This document shows positions 9,467-17,059 of a stretch of 39,007 nucleotides of DNA, piece after piece. The notes under the pieces were generated by a model that had not been told where the DNA came from, did not search any database, and saw nothing but the letters and a program-made list of their open reading frames with translations. A program made the translations under genes and the position numbers. Source of the DNA: Pseudobdellovibrionaceae bacterium (lineage in GTDB: Bacteria; Bdellovibrionota; Bdellovibrionia; Bdellovibrionales; Bdellovibrionaceae); contig JBDHWW010000027.1 in assembly GCA_039810425.1 (NCBI GenBank), positions 1 to 39,007 of the forward strand, read 5' to 3'. Each line of letters opens with the position of its first letter. Positions within the stretch are counted from its first letter, which is position 1.

Positions 9467-10291
9467 CTACAGGCCTTGAACGAACTTAAGCACCTCGGCG
9501 GCATGCCCGGGTGCTTTGATTTTTCGGAACTCGCCAACGAGCTTCCCGTTCTCGTCAATCACGAATGTGCTGCGCTCAATACCAAGAACCATCCGTCCGT
9601 ACATATTCTTCTCTTTGATCACGTCAAAGATCTTACAGAGCGTCTCATCGGCATCCGACAGTAACTCAAATTTAAAATCAAATTTACACTTAAAATTGTC
9701 ATGCGACTTCACACTGTCACGGGAAACACCGAAGATCACTGTCTTTGCCCCGTGGAATTCCGAATAAAGGTGGTTGAACTCCTGCCCCTCGATGGTACAA
9801 CCCGGAGTATTGTCCTTCGGATAGAAGTACAAAACGACTTTCTTGCCCCGCAGGCTTGAAAGAGAAATATCCCCACTGTGAGTCGAGGGAATTGTAAATT
9901 CAGGAACCACGGCATTCAACTTCAGAGGGCTACCGGGTATTTTGGTCACGGTTTTGCTCGTGCGGGTCGAGGTCTTGGCCGTTGGCTGGGACGACTTCTT
10001 GGTGCTGCTCACCTTCTTGCGGCTGGCCTGGCTGAGGCGGCGGCTGGATGACTTGCTGCTGCTGGATTTCTTGCTGCTGCTGGATTTCTTGCTGCTGCTG
10101 GATTTCTTGCTGCTGCTGGATTTCTTGCTGCTGCTGGATTTCTTGCTGGTCTTCAGGGTGCGCCTGGTCGTTGCTTTCGATGACGCCTTCGTAAGGGTTT
10201 TGCGGCGGCCTTTGCTTTGCGGCTTTTGGCGCGCGGACGCCCCTGCTTTGCGGATCTTCTTGGCGGTCGATTTCTTTGCCGTTGCGGTCAT
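9467..10291 (-). CDS. bcp: BCP/PrxQ peroxiredoxin with long Lys/Ser-rich N-terminal extension
   Basis: YFYPKDNTPGCTIE and ERSTFVID motifs; start ATG 10291 preceded by SD AGAGGA at 8 nt; no in-frame ATG between it and the start of the Prx domain. The start position is inferred. Confidence 0.85.
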   Translation of the reverse strand: MTATAKKSTAKKIRKAGASARQKPQSKGRRKTLTKASSKATTRRTLKTSKKSSSSKKSSSSKKSSSSKKSSSSKKSSSSKSSSRRLSQASRKKVSSTKKSSQPTAKTSTRTSKTVTKIPGSPLKLNAVVPEFTIPSTHSGDISLSSLRGKKVVLYFYPKDNTPGCTIEGQEFNHLYSEFHGAKTVIFGVSRDSVKSHDNFKCKFDFKFELLSDADETLCKIFDVIKEKNMYGRMVLGIERSTFVIDENGKLVGEFRKIKAPGHAAEVLKFVQGL

Positions 10292-11171
10292 GATAGATAT
10301 CCTCTGCACTAATGGCTTCTGGGTTGGCGGTCGGAGAAACACTTGGCGCCGGTGTCGGCGTTGCAGGAACTTGTTTTGCCAGATATTCCGGCTGTTGCAA
10401 AGCCGTTTCCGTGACAGTGATCTTTCCATCCATAGGAACACTCACCTCGATCTTCTTCACAGGATCTAAGTTTTCCAAAACTTCCGCTTTGATATAAAGC
10501 ATATTCTTCGAATTCTTTTGATATTCGTACTGCTTAAATCGTAACACTTGGTTCTTCGCTGGATTGTAATCAATCATGAAACCATCACAGCTGAAGGTTT
10601 CAATGATGCCATTCTCCGTCGACTTCAATTTACAACTGATGCGCGGGCTTAAAATTCCCGTCGTAAAGCCTAAAACTTCGGATAAATTGCCACCACGGAA
10701 GTTCATCGTTAGCTCCTCAGCTTTGGCATGATTCCAATCGCCGATTTTAATAAAGCTCTCCTTCGTATTGCACTGATGCATCACTTCACCGTTTTGCGGA
10801 ACCCCGCTAAGACCAGAGACATTGCGGGTCATTGAATACACGTCACAGCGGAACAGAGATTTGTTCGACAGCTTTTGCTTCATATCCACGAGAAGCGCTC
10901 TTTGAAATTTCCCAAAAATAGATTTTCCTTGCGGCGCACGCTCCTGGCGAATCACCCAAAGCGATTCGCGGAAAATCGCATCCATCTGCTCGAACCAATG
11001 GAGAATTTTTTGTGCCTCACGGTCTGCGGGCTTCGTCACCGCCGGAGCTGCTATCGCATTCAGTTTGGAGACCGGCGTCGCAAGCGGGCTCTCAGGAGCT
11101 GCCTCTTTCTTTTTGAAAGTACACCCTGCACACAAAATGAGCATCATAAGACTGAAGAACAAAACTCGCAT
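9930..11171 (-). CDS. Lipoprotein of unknown function with Pro/Gln-rich C-terminal tail
   Basis: Lipobox LCAGC after a hydrophobic stretch; several Cys; tail (EIQQQQ)n overlaps bcp. Confidence 0.8.
   Translation of the reverse strand: MRVLFFSLMMLILCAGCTFKKKEAAPESPLATPVSKLNAIAAPAVTKPADREAQKILHWFEQMDAIFRESLWVIRQERAPQGKSIFGKFQRALLVDMKQKLSNKSLFRCDVYSMTRNVSGLSGVPQNGEVMHQCNTKESFIKIGDWNHAKAEELTMNFRGGNLSEVLGFTTGILSPRISCKLKSTENGIIETFSCDGFMIDYNPAKNQVLRFKQYEYQKNSKNMLYIKAEVLENLDPVKKIEVSVPMDGKITVTETALQQPEYLAKQVPATPTPAPSVSPTANPEAISAEDIYHDRNGKEIDRQEDPQSRGVRAPKAAKQRPPQNPYEGVIESNDQAHPEDQQEIQQQQEIQQQQEIQQQQEIQQQQEIQQQQVIQPPPQPGQPQEGEQHQEVVPANGQDLDPHEQNRDQNTR
10043..10148. repeat. 18-bp tandem repeat, about 6 copies
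   Basis: GCTGGATTTCTTGCTGCT x4 exact, one partial copy and one variant (GCTGGATGACTTGCTGCT). Confidence 0.95.
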
Positions 11172-11243
11172 GTATTGACTTCCCTAGTGCAACCTCTCTA
11201 AAATTTAGAGGCTACTTGCAATTAGTAAAACCTGGAGGTCGCG

Positions 11244-12911
11244 ATGGAGAAAATTTGGCTTAAGCATTACCCCAAGGGCATCCCTGCCGAAATTAACGTG
11301 CAGGAATACTCTTCGATTATGCAAGTTTTCGACGAAGCTTGCCAGAAATATCCTGAGAAGATTGCTTTCTCAAATATGGGCGTGAAGATGACCTACTCTG
11401 AGCTTACCCAAAAGGTCGAAACCTTCGCGGGCTTTCTTCAAAATGAATTAAAACTAAAGAAAGGCGACCGCATTGCTTTGCAAATGCCAAACCTGCTTCA
11501 GTTCCCTATCGCCTTGTTTGCCGCCTTTCGTTCTGGACTAACGGTGGTAAACACAAATCCACTCTACACGGCGTCGGAAATGCTTCACCAATTTAAGGAC
11601 TCTGAACCCAAAGCCATTGTGATTATGGCGAACTTCGCACATCACCTCGAGCAGATTCTTAAAGAGACAAAAATAGAATCCGTGATCGTGACAGAACTTG
11701 CGGACCTCTTCCCGTTCCCAAAAGGACTCATTGTTAACTCTGTCGTGAAATACATTAAGAAAATGGTTCCTGCGTACAACTTGCCGCAAGCTTATACTTT
11801 CAAACAAGCAATGGAGCTAGGACATGGTAAGCCGGTCCAAAAAATTGTAACCACACACGACGATATTGCCTTCTTGCAGTACACCGGCGGCACGACGGGC
11901 GTTTCTAAGGGCGCTATTCTTAGCCATAAGAACATCATCGCCAATATGCTGCAAATTTGCGCCTGGATGACTCCTGTTTTGAAAGAAGGCGAAGAAGTTT
12001 GTATCACGCCGTTGCCACTCTATCACATCTTCTCTCTGACGGTGAATTGCCTCGCGTTCATGAAATACGGCGCGCACAACGTCCTGGTTACAAACCCGCG
12101 CGACCTCCCGGCGCTGGTGAAAGACATGCGTACGAATCACTTCACCCTGATGTCTGGCGTGAACACACTTTATAACGGCTTGCTTAACAACGAAGAGTTC
12201 CGCAAACTGGATTTCTCAAAATTAAAAATGAGTGTTGCCGGGGCTATGGCTTTGCAGACATCTGTTTGCAACCGCTGGAAAGAGCTCACGAAGAGCATTC
12301 TGGTTGAAGGCTACGGGCTGACCGAGACTTCGCCGGTGGCGTGCTGCAACCCGATTGACGGCCGCGATAAAGTCGGCACGATTGGTTTGCCGGTTCCAAG
12401 CACCAATATCAAACTTGTCGACGACAATGAGCAGGAAGTTCCACCGGGTCAATCCGGCGAGTTGTGTGTTTTCGGCCCGCAGGTGATGCAGGGTTACTGG
12501 AAGCGCCCTGACGAAACCGCGAAGGTTCTTAAGAATGGCTGGCTCCATACGGGAGATATTGCGGTGGTGGACGAGGATGGATACTTTAAAATCGTTGATC
12601 GCAAAAAAGACATGATCCTCGTTTCAGGCTTCAATGTTTACCCGAACGAAGTTGAAGATGCGATTGCGTCTCACCCGGGCGTGCTGGAAGTAGCCGCGAT
12701 TGGCGTGCCGAACGAACACTCGGGCGAAGCCGTGAAAGTTTTTGTCGTGAAAAAATATCCGAACCTGACAGCACAGGACGTGATTGATCAAGCGAAAAAG
12801 AGTCTGACGAATTACAAGGTCCCACGAGAAGTGGAGTTCCGAAATGAATTGCCGAAGACGAATGTGGGAAAAATCCTGCGCCGGGCATTGCGCGACGAAC
12901 ACGCCCAGTAA
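11244..12911 (+). CDS. fadD: Long-chain fatty acid-CoA ligase
   Basis: LQYTGGTTGVSKG, EGYGLTETSP, GWLHTGD, VSGFNVYPNEVE, PKTNVGKILRR; RBS GGAGG. Confidence 0.95.
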   Translation: MEKIWLKHYPKGIPAEINVQEYSSIMQVFDEACQKYPEKIAFSNMGVKMTYSELTQKVETFAGFLQNELKLKKGDRIALQMPNLLQFPIALFAAFRSGLTVVNTNPLYTASEMLHQFKDSEPKAIVIMANFAHHLEQILKETKIESVIVTELADLFPFPKGLIVNSVVKYIKKMVPAYNLPQAYTFKQAMELGHGKPVQKIVTTHDDIAFLQYTGGTTGVSKGAILSHKNIIANMLQICAWMTPVLKEGEEVCITPLPLYHIFSLTVNCLAFMKYGAHNVLVTNPRDLPALVKDMRTNHFTLMSGVNTLYNGLLNNEEFRKLDFSKLKMSVAGAMALQTSVCNRWKELTKSILVEGYGLTETSPVACCNPIDGRDKVGTIGLPVPSTNIKLVDDNEQEVPPGQSGELCVFGPQVMQGYWKRPDETAKVLKNGWLHTGDIAVVDEDGYFKIVDRKKDMILVSGFNVYPNEVEDAIASHPGVLEVAAIGVPNEHSGEAVKVFVVKKYPNLTAQDVIDQAKKSLTNYKVPREVEFRNELPKTNVGKILRRALRDEHAQ

Positions 12912-12936
12912 GTGGAGGCCTTCAACCGTCTTTCCT

Positions 12937-13347
12937 TTAGCTTGCGCGCAGCAAGAAGCGGCGGTTGAAGAAGTGCCCTAAAAAAAGCGCGATACTGCCG
13001 ACAATCGTCATGATGTCATTCCAGCGAAGCTGGTCGCGGGATCCTGGAGATATTAAAGCAACGCTTAAAAGAAAGAGCCCAAAGCCTCCTAAGAACAATA
13101 CGGATTTATGTGCGTGTTTTTTATAGCCCATCCAAAACGAATAGATCGCGATCGGAAAAATGAACACCGCAATAAACAAATGAACTGGTGAGTAATGAAT
13201 TGAATACACCCACAACGGCAAGCTCAAGGTCACAAACGGTGTTACAAGACAATGAAGCGCGCACAACGCCGACAAGAAGGCTCCCGTGCGGTCCCACTCT
13301 TTGAGGTCGTTTTTCATTTCAGGGGTGTTGATGCGATCCAAAGACAT
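12937..13347 (-). CDS. MerC-domain membrane protein (putative metal uptake)
   Basis: WDRTGAFLSALCALHC, GYKKH and GHFFN motifs with 4 TM segments. Confidence 0.85.
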   Translation of the reverse strand: MSLDRINTPEMKNDLKEWDRTGAFLSALCALHCLVTPFVTLSLPLWVYSIHYSPVHLFIAVFIFPIAIYSFWMGYKKHAHKSVLFLGGFGLFLLSVALISPGSRDQLRWNDIMTIVGSIALFLGHFFNRRFLLRAS

Positions 13348-13365
13348 CCTTCTTATATGCTCCTA

Positions 13366-13384
13366 ATTGCAAATAATTGTCAAT
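13366..13384. promoter_or_regulatory. Fur-family box-like 9-1-9 inverted repeat
   Basis: ATTGCAAAT-A-ATTGTCAAT (7/9 symmetric), overlapping a consensus TTGACA on the minus strand upstream of the MerC-like gene. Confidence 0.6.
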
Positions 13385-13436
13385 AAAGAGGCCTTAAAGC
13401 CTTGTCTTTTAGTTTGCGCTCGCAGATAAAAGGTCC

Positions 13437-14843
13437 GTGGACAGAGAAAATATTCACGACGATAGCCCCATCATGGCCCTTGGCCCCGACTTCTTCGATC
13501 CGGTGAAACCCGCGACATTTCCCGAGGCGATTCTGCGCTTTCGCAATCAGGATGCGGCCAAAATCGTAGGCCTTGATTCTCTGACGCCGGAAGAATGGCA
13601 GAAACACTTCTGGGCTTTTCAACCATTGTCTGGAAATTTACCGGAACCTTTGGCACTTCGCTATCACGGCCATCAATTCATGCACTACAATCACGAGCTC
13701 GGTGATGGCCGCGGTTTTTTGTTTGCGCAAATGCCTGTGGGTGATACGTGGTACGACCTTGGCACCAAAGGCAGCGGCCAAACTCCGTACTCACGCAATG
13801 GCGATGGCCGCCTCACGCTGAAAGGCGCATACCGGGAAGCTCTCGCGACCGAGCTTTTACAAAGCCTTGGGGTGAATACCAGCAAGACGTTCAGTTTTTT
13901 TGAAACCGGGGAAAATCTCGACCGCAATGACGAACCCTCACCAACCCGCGCAGCGGTTCTTGTTCGGCTGAGTCACGGACACATCAGGATTGGAACTTTT
14001 CAGCGCTTAGCTTACCTGAAGGACATCGCCAACATCGGAAAACTCACAGATGTTTGCCTAAAGTTCTACAACCCCGCACTGCGCTCCGCCGATGCCAACG
14101 AGCGTGCATTCTTGTTTTATCAATCCGTCGTGCGCCACTGCGCTCTCTTGACTGCCCAGTGGATGATTGCAGGCTTTGTTCACGGCGTGCTCAATACCGA
14201 CAATATCAATATCACGGGCGAAAGCTTTGACTATGGTCCTTACCGTTTCTTGCCTCGCTATGACGTACGCTTTACCGCAGCCTATTTTGATCAACGGGGG
14301 CTTTATTCTTTCGGCCGCCAGCCGGTAACGATGCTCTGGAATCTACAACGGCTCGGTGAGTGTTTAAAACTCCGTTACGAATCTCTGCCAGCGGACGAAA
14401 TCCTCGAGGAGTTCAGCGATGAGTTTAATGCTCAAGTTCAGCGTCTGTTCCTAATGCGCCTGAATCTCAAACCTCTTAGTTCGGAGGCCGACGGCGAACT
14501 GCTTCAGAGTTTCTTTACTTTTATGGAATCCAGCAAAGCTTTGTATGAGCAAACCCTCTTTGATTTCTTTGGCGGCGCTTCCTCTCCGCGATGGCAGACC
14601 TCTTTGCAACAAGACCTCTATCAAGGCGGGGATTTTGAAAAATTCAAGGCGCACCTTGCAGGTTTTGAAGTTGCAAATGCCAACCTGTTGTCTCACCCCT
14701 ACTTCAGCGGCCGCCAACCTTGCAGCCTCCTGATTGAAGAGATCGAAGCCATTTGGTCGCACATTGCAGGCGACGATGACTGGAGCCATTTTTACAATAA
14801 AATCGAAGAAATACGGGCCTTCAGGGGAATCTATACAGCCTAG
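13437..14843 (+). CDS. selO: Protein adenylyltransferase SelO/YdiU
   Basis: YHGHQF, LGDGRG, KGSGQTPYSRNGDGR, HIRIGTFQ, FVHGVLNTDN, FDYGP motifs; start uncertain. Confidence 0.93.
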   Translation: MDRENIHDDSPIMALGPDFFDPVKPATFPEAILRFRNQDAAKIVGLDSLTPEEWQKHFWAFQPLSGNLPEPLALRYHGHQFMHYNHELGDGRGFLFAQMPVGDTWYDLGTKGSGQTPYSRNGDGRLTLKGAYREALATELLQSLGVNTSKTFSFFETGENLDRNDEPSPTRAAVLVRLSHGHIRIGTFQRLAYLKDIANIGKLTDVCLKFYNPALRSADANERAFLFYQSVVRHCALLTAQWMIAGFVHGVLNTDNINITGESFDYGPYRFLPRYDVRFTAAYFDQRGLYSFGRQPVTMLWNLQRLGECLKLRYESLPADEILEEFSDEFNAQVQRLFLMRLNLKPLSSEADGELLQSFFTFMESSKALYEQTLFDFFGGASSPRWQTSLQQDLYQGGDFEKFKAHLAGFEVANANLLSHPYFSGRQPCSLLIEEIEAIWSHIAGDDDWSHFYNKIEEIRAFRGIYTA

Positions 14844-14909
14844 TTGAATAATTTTCACGGCGGTTCCATTCTTGAACCAATTAAATGGTTTTATGCTAAG
14901 ATCCCACCC

Positions 14910-15581
14910 ATGAAAAAACCGGTTTTAGGGATCCTGACTCTCGCGCTTCTTGCCGGAGTGATCTACCAACTTCACGCAAAATCACAGAGCCATTCCGCCG
15001 CGGAACCCACGGCCACAGCTGCGCGTGAGGGAGCTCAACAAACACCCAGTGCGGCACAAACATCCGCACCCGTTGCCAATGAAAAAGTAAAGGCTGTTGT
15101 TCTTGGACAAGTGTCCAACCAGGAACTCACACCGGAATTCATCGCAGAATTGCAGGCAAAGATGACGTCTGGAGAACTAGAACAGCTGGCCCTGACGGCC
15201 CGTGATGAGTCCCAGCCGCAAGAAACCCGCAGACGATCTCTTTATATTTTAACAAAAATGGGCTCAACGGCATTGCCGGCTCTGACGGTTGTCGCAACCA
15301 CCCCCATGCCAGTGGCGGCTTCCCAGGACCCACACTCAGTGGCACAAATTAAGCAAAGCTTTGAAGCTGGTCTTCGCGTCACAGCTATTGAAGCTTTGGA
15401 TGACCTTGGCACGGACCCCCGCTTAAGCCCGGCTATTAAAGACAGTATGTTAAAAATTTTAAAAGTACAAAAACACCGCAGCCTCACTCTTCTTGCGCAG
15501 ATCAGCCTGTCAGGAATTGAAAGTGGCCGCCCGGGAAAAGTTAAGAGAGCCGTCGACGACCTCTTAAAAGAAAAGGAATAA
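14910..15581 (+). CDS. Membrane-anchored or secreted helical-repeat (HEAT-like) protein
   Basis: N-terminal hydrophobic helix from ATG 14910, Ala/Thr linker, HEAT-like segments RRRSLYIL...ALPAL and LRVTAIEAL. Confidence 0.65.
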   Translation: MKKPVLGILTLALLAGVIYQLHAKSQSHSAAEPTATAAREGAQQTPSAAQTSAPVANEKVKAVVLGQVSNQELTPEFIAELQAKMTSGELEQLALTARDESQPQETRRRSLYILTKMGSTALPALTVVATTPMPVAASQDPHSVAQIKQSFEAGLRVTAIEALDDLGTDPRLSPAIKDSMLKILKVQKHRSLTLLAQISLSGIESGRPGKVKRAVDDLLKEKE

Positions 15582-15585
15582 AAAG

Positions 15586-17025
15586 ATGAAAATATTTACC
15601 CTCGTTGCAGGCGTGCTCATGGGTTCCGTTGCTTCGGCGAAGTGCCTCGATAATAAACTTATCTACAATGCCACCGCTCCTTTCGAAATTACTCGCTGGG
15701 ACGGTTCAAAACAAAGTGCGCCTTTGAAGCTCAAAGATCTTTGCGATGAAAAGGATGTCGCTTATAAAGTGGCGGAAGCACTGATCCTGACTCAGCAAAT
15801 TCAGAATGAAGCCCATGGCCCTAATCCCGGCTCAGAAAGTGTTGTCGCCAACGAAGGGGCATTTAACTTCTTTAAGAAACGTATTGAAAAGATCGTGATC
15901 GAAGATCAAGCAATGCCTAATGGCGCGTGTACGGCTGAAGGCGTTGTCGCTTATGTTCGTAGCGGTGATGGGAAAAGAACTTTTATCTGCGCAAAAAAGT
16001 TCGCGCTTGCAAATGCGTTTACGAACAGCTCGGTTCTTATTCACGAATCACGTCACGTTGAAGGCTATAGCCATGCCCATTGCGCCCATGGAACCCTCAA
16101 AGGCCTGGATCTCGACATCAGTGGCGGTTGTGACACAGATTACCCGTCACAAGGTTCTTACGGCATCCAGACCGGCTTTAAACTCGATGTTTTTAATTTG
16201 ACGAAAGATGATGTTCTAAAGCAGCAAGCGCGTAGTGAAGCTGTGGATGACCTCATTAACCGCTTCAACGAACTTCCGTGGGATCTGACGTCCGGCGTTC
16301 TTACAATGTCTCGCGACAACAATGCTTTAAAACGTCCTGAGCCATTGAGTTTGTCTTTCTTTGATGGCCAGAAGGCTGTTTCTATTCAGGCCTTACCTGC
16401 CGTGAATGAAGATATCGTCATGACATCTCGCTATGGCTTACCTACTTTCTACGCAGTGGATGGCCAAGTGACGAGCTACGTTTACTCTCCGGTGATCGTT
16501 AACACGACGGGCACGATGGCTCAAGATTACCGTACTAAGTCTACCCCCTCTGAGCGCAATGCACTCTTGGACGTTTACTACAATGCTGAATACTCTTGCC
16601 GCCTTTACACAAACGCCTTGAAATGTGAGTCGACAACGGAAGACAACCAGCCGATCGTGATGAATGTTTCATTAGCATCGATCAAGCCTTTTGCGATCAT
16701 CGAAGTTTCAGGCGATTCTTCCTTGGGCGAAACCAGCATTACCAGATATATCGTTGATGAAAATGGTGATCGCTATAAGCTCCCATCAAAGAAAGCAGAT
16801 ATCGTGTCGTTCACGGCAAACGACCTGGTTAAAGAAGACATCAGTGACGATGATCGCGTTTTGGGCCTGGCGACAACGGACGACGGCAGCGTCTTTGCGA
16901 TCAATGATGCCAAACAGCTGATTCAGCCGAACAATAGAAAATGGGAAAAGGTTCCTCAATACAGAAGCCAGCGAGTGGAAAAACTGATTCCATTCACTTG
17001 GTCTTCGCGCATCGAAAATTTGTAA
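15586..17025 (+). CDS. Secreted protein with HExxH motif (putative zinc metallopeptidase)
   Basis: Signal peptide ending ASA; VLIHESRHVEGYSH; multiple Cys; beta-rich C-terminal half. Confidence 0.65.
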   Translation: MKIFTLVAGVLMGSVASAKCLDNKLIYNATAPFEITRWDGSKQSAPLKLKDLCDEKDVAYKVAEALILTQQIQNEAHGPNPGSESVVANEGAFNFFKKRIEKIVIEDQAMPNGACTAEGVVAYVRSGDGKRTFICAKKFALANAFTNSSVLIHESRHVEGYSHAHCAHGTLKGLDLDISGGCDTDYPSQGSYGIQTGFKLDVFNLTKDDVLKQQARSEAVDDLINRFNELPWDLTSGVLTMSRDNNALKRPEPLSLSFFDGQKAVSIQALPAVNEDIVMTSRYGLPTFYAVDGQVTSYVYSPVIVNTTGTMAQDYRTKSTPSERNALLDVYYNAEYSCRLYTNALKCESTTEDNQPIVMNVSLASIKPFAIIEVSGDSSLGETSITRYIVDENGDRYKLPSKKADIVSFTANDLVKEDISDDDRVLGLATTDDGSVFAINDAKQLIQPNNRKWEKVPQYRSQRVEKLIPFTWSSRIENL

Positions 17026-17029
17026 AACT

Positions 17030-17059
17030 AAAAAGAGCGGGTTTCCCCGCTCTTTTTTT
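17030..17059. terminator. Bidirectional intrinsic terminator
   Basis: AAAAAGAGCGGG-TTTC-CCCGCTCTTTTTT between convergent genes. Confidence 0.85.

Noticed and set aside
10043..10148. Repeat array as a CRISPR
   Set aside because: Head-to-tail 18-bp units with no spacers and no cas genes.
10292..10441. Longer BCP start given in the ORF track
   Set aside because: No SD at 10441, whereas ATG 10291 has a good SD and marks the start of the Lys-rich composition.
9942..10469. + strand 175-aa ORF with LLLLDF repeats
   Set aside because: Antisense shadow of the 18-bp repeat and of two minus-strand genes; no RBS or independent support.
12937..13347. Mercury-resistance island
   Set aside because: No merR, merA, merT, merP or transposon features in the window.
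14845..14857. TGAATAATTTTCA as a second Fur box
   Set aside because: Only 13 bp with 6-1-6 spacing in AT-rich DNA; too weak to call.
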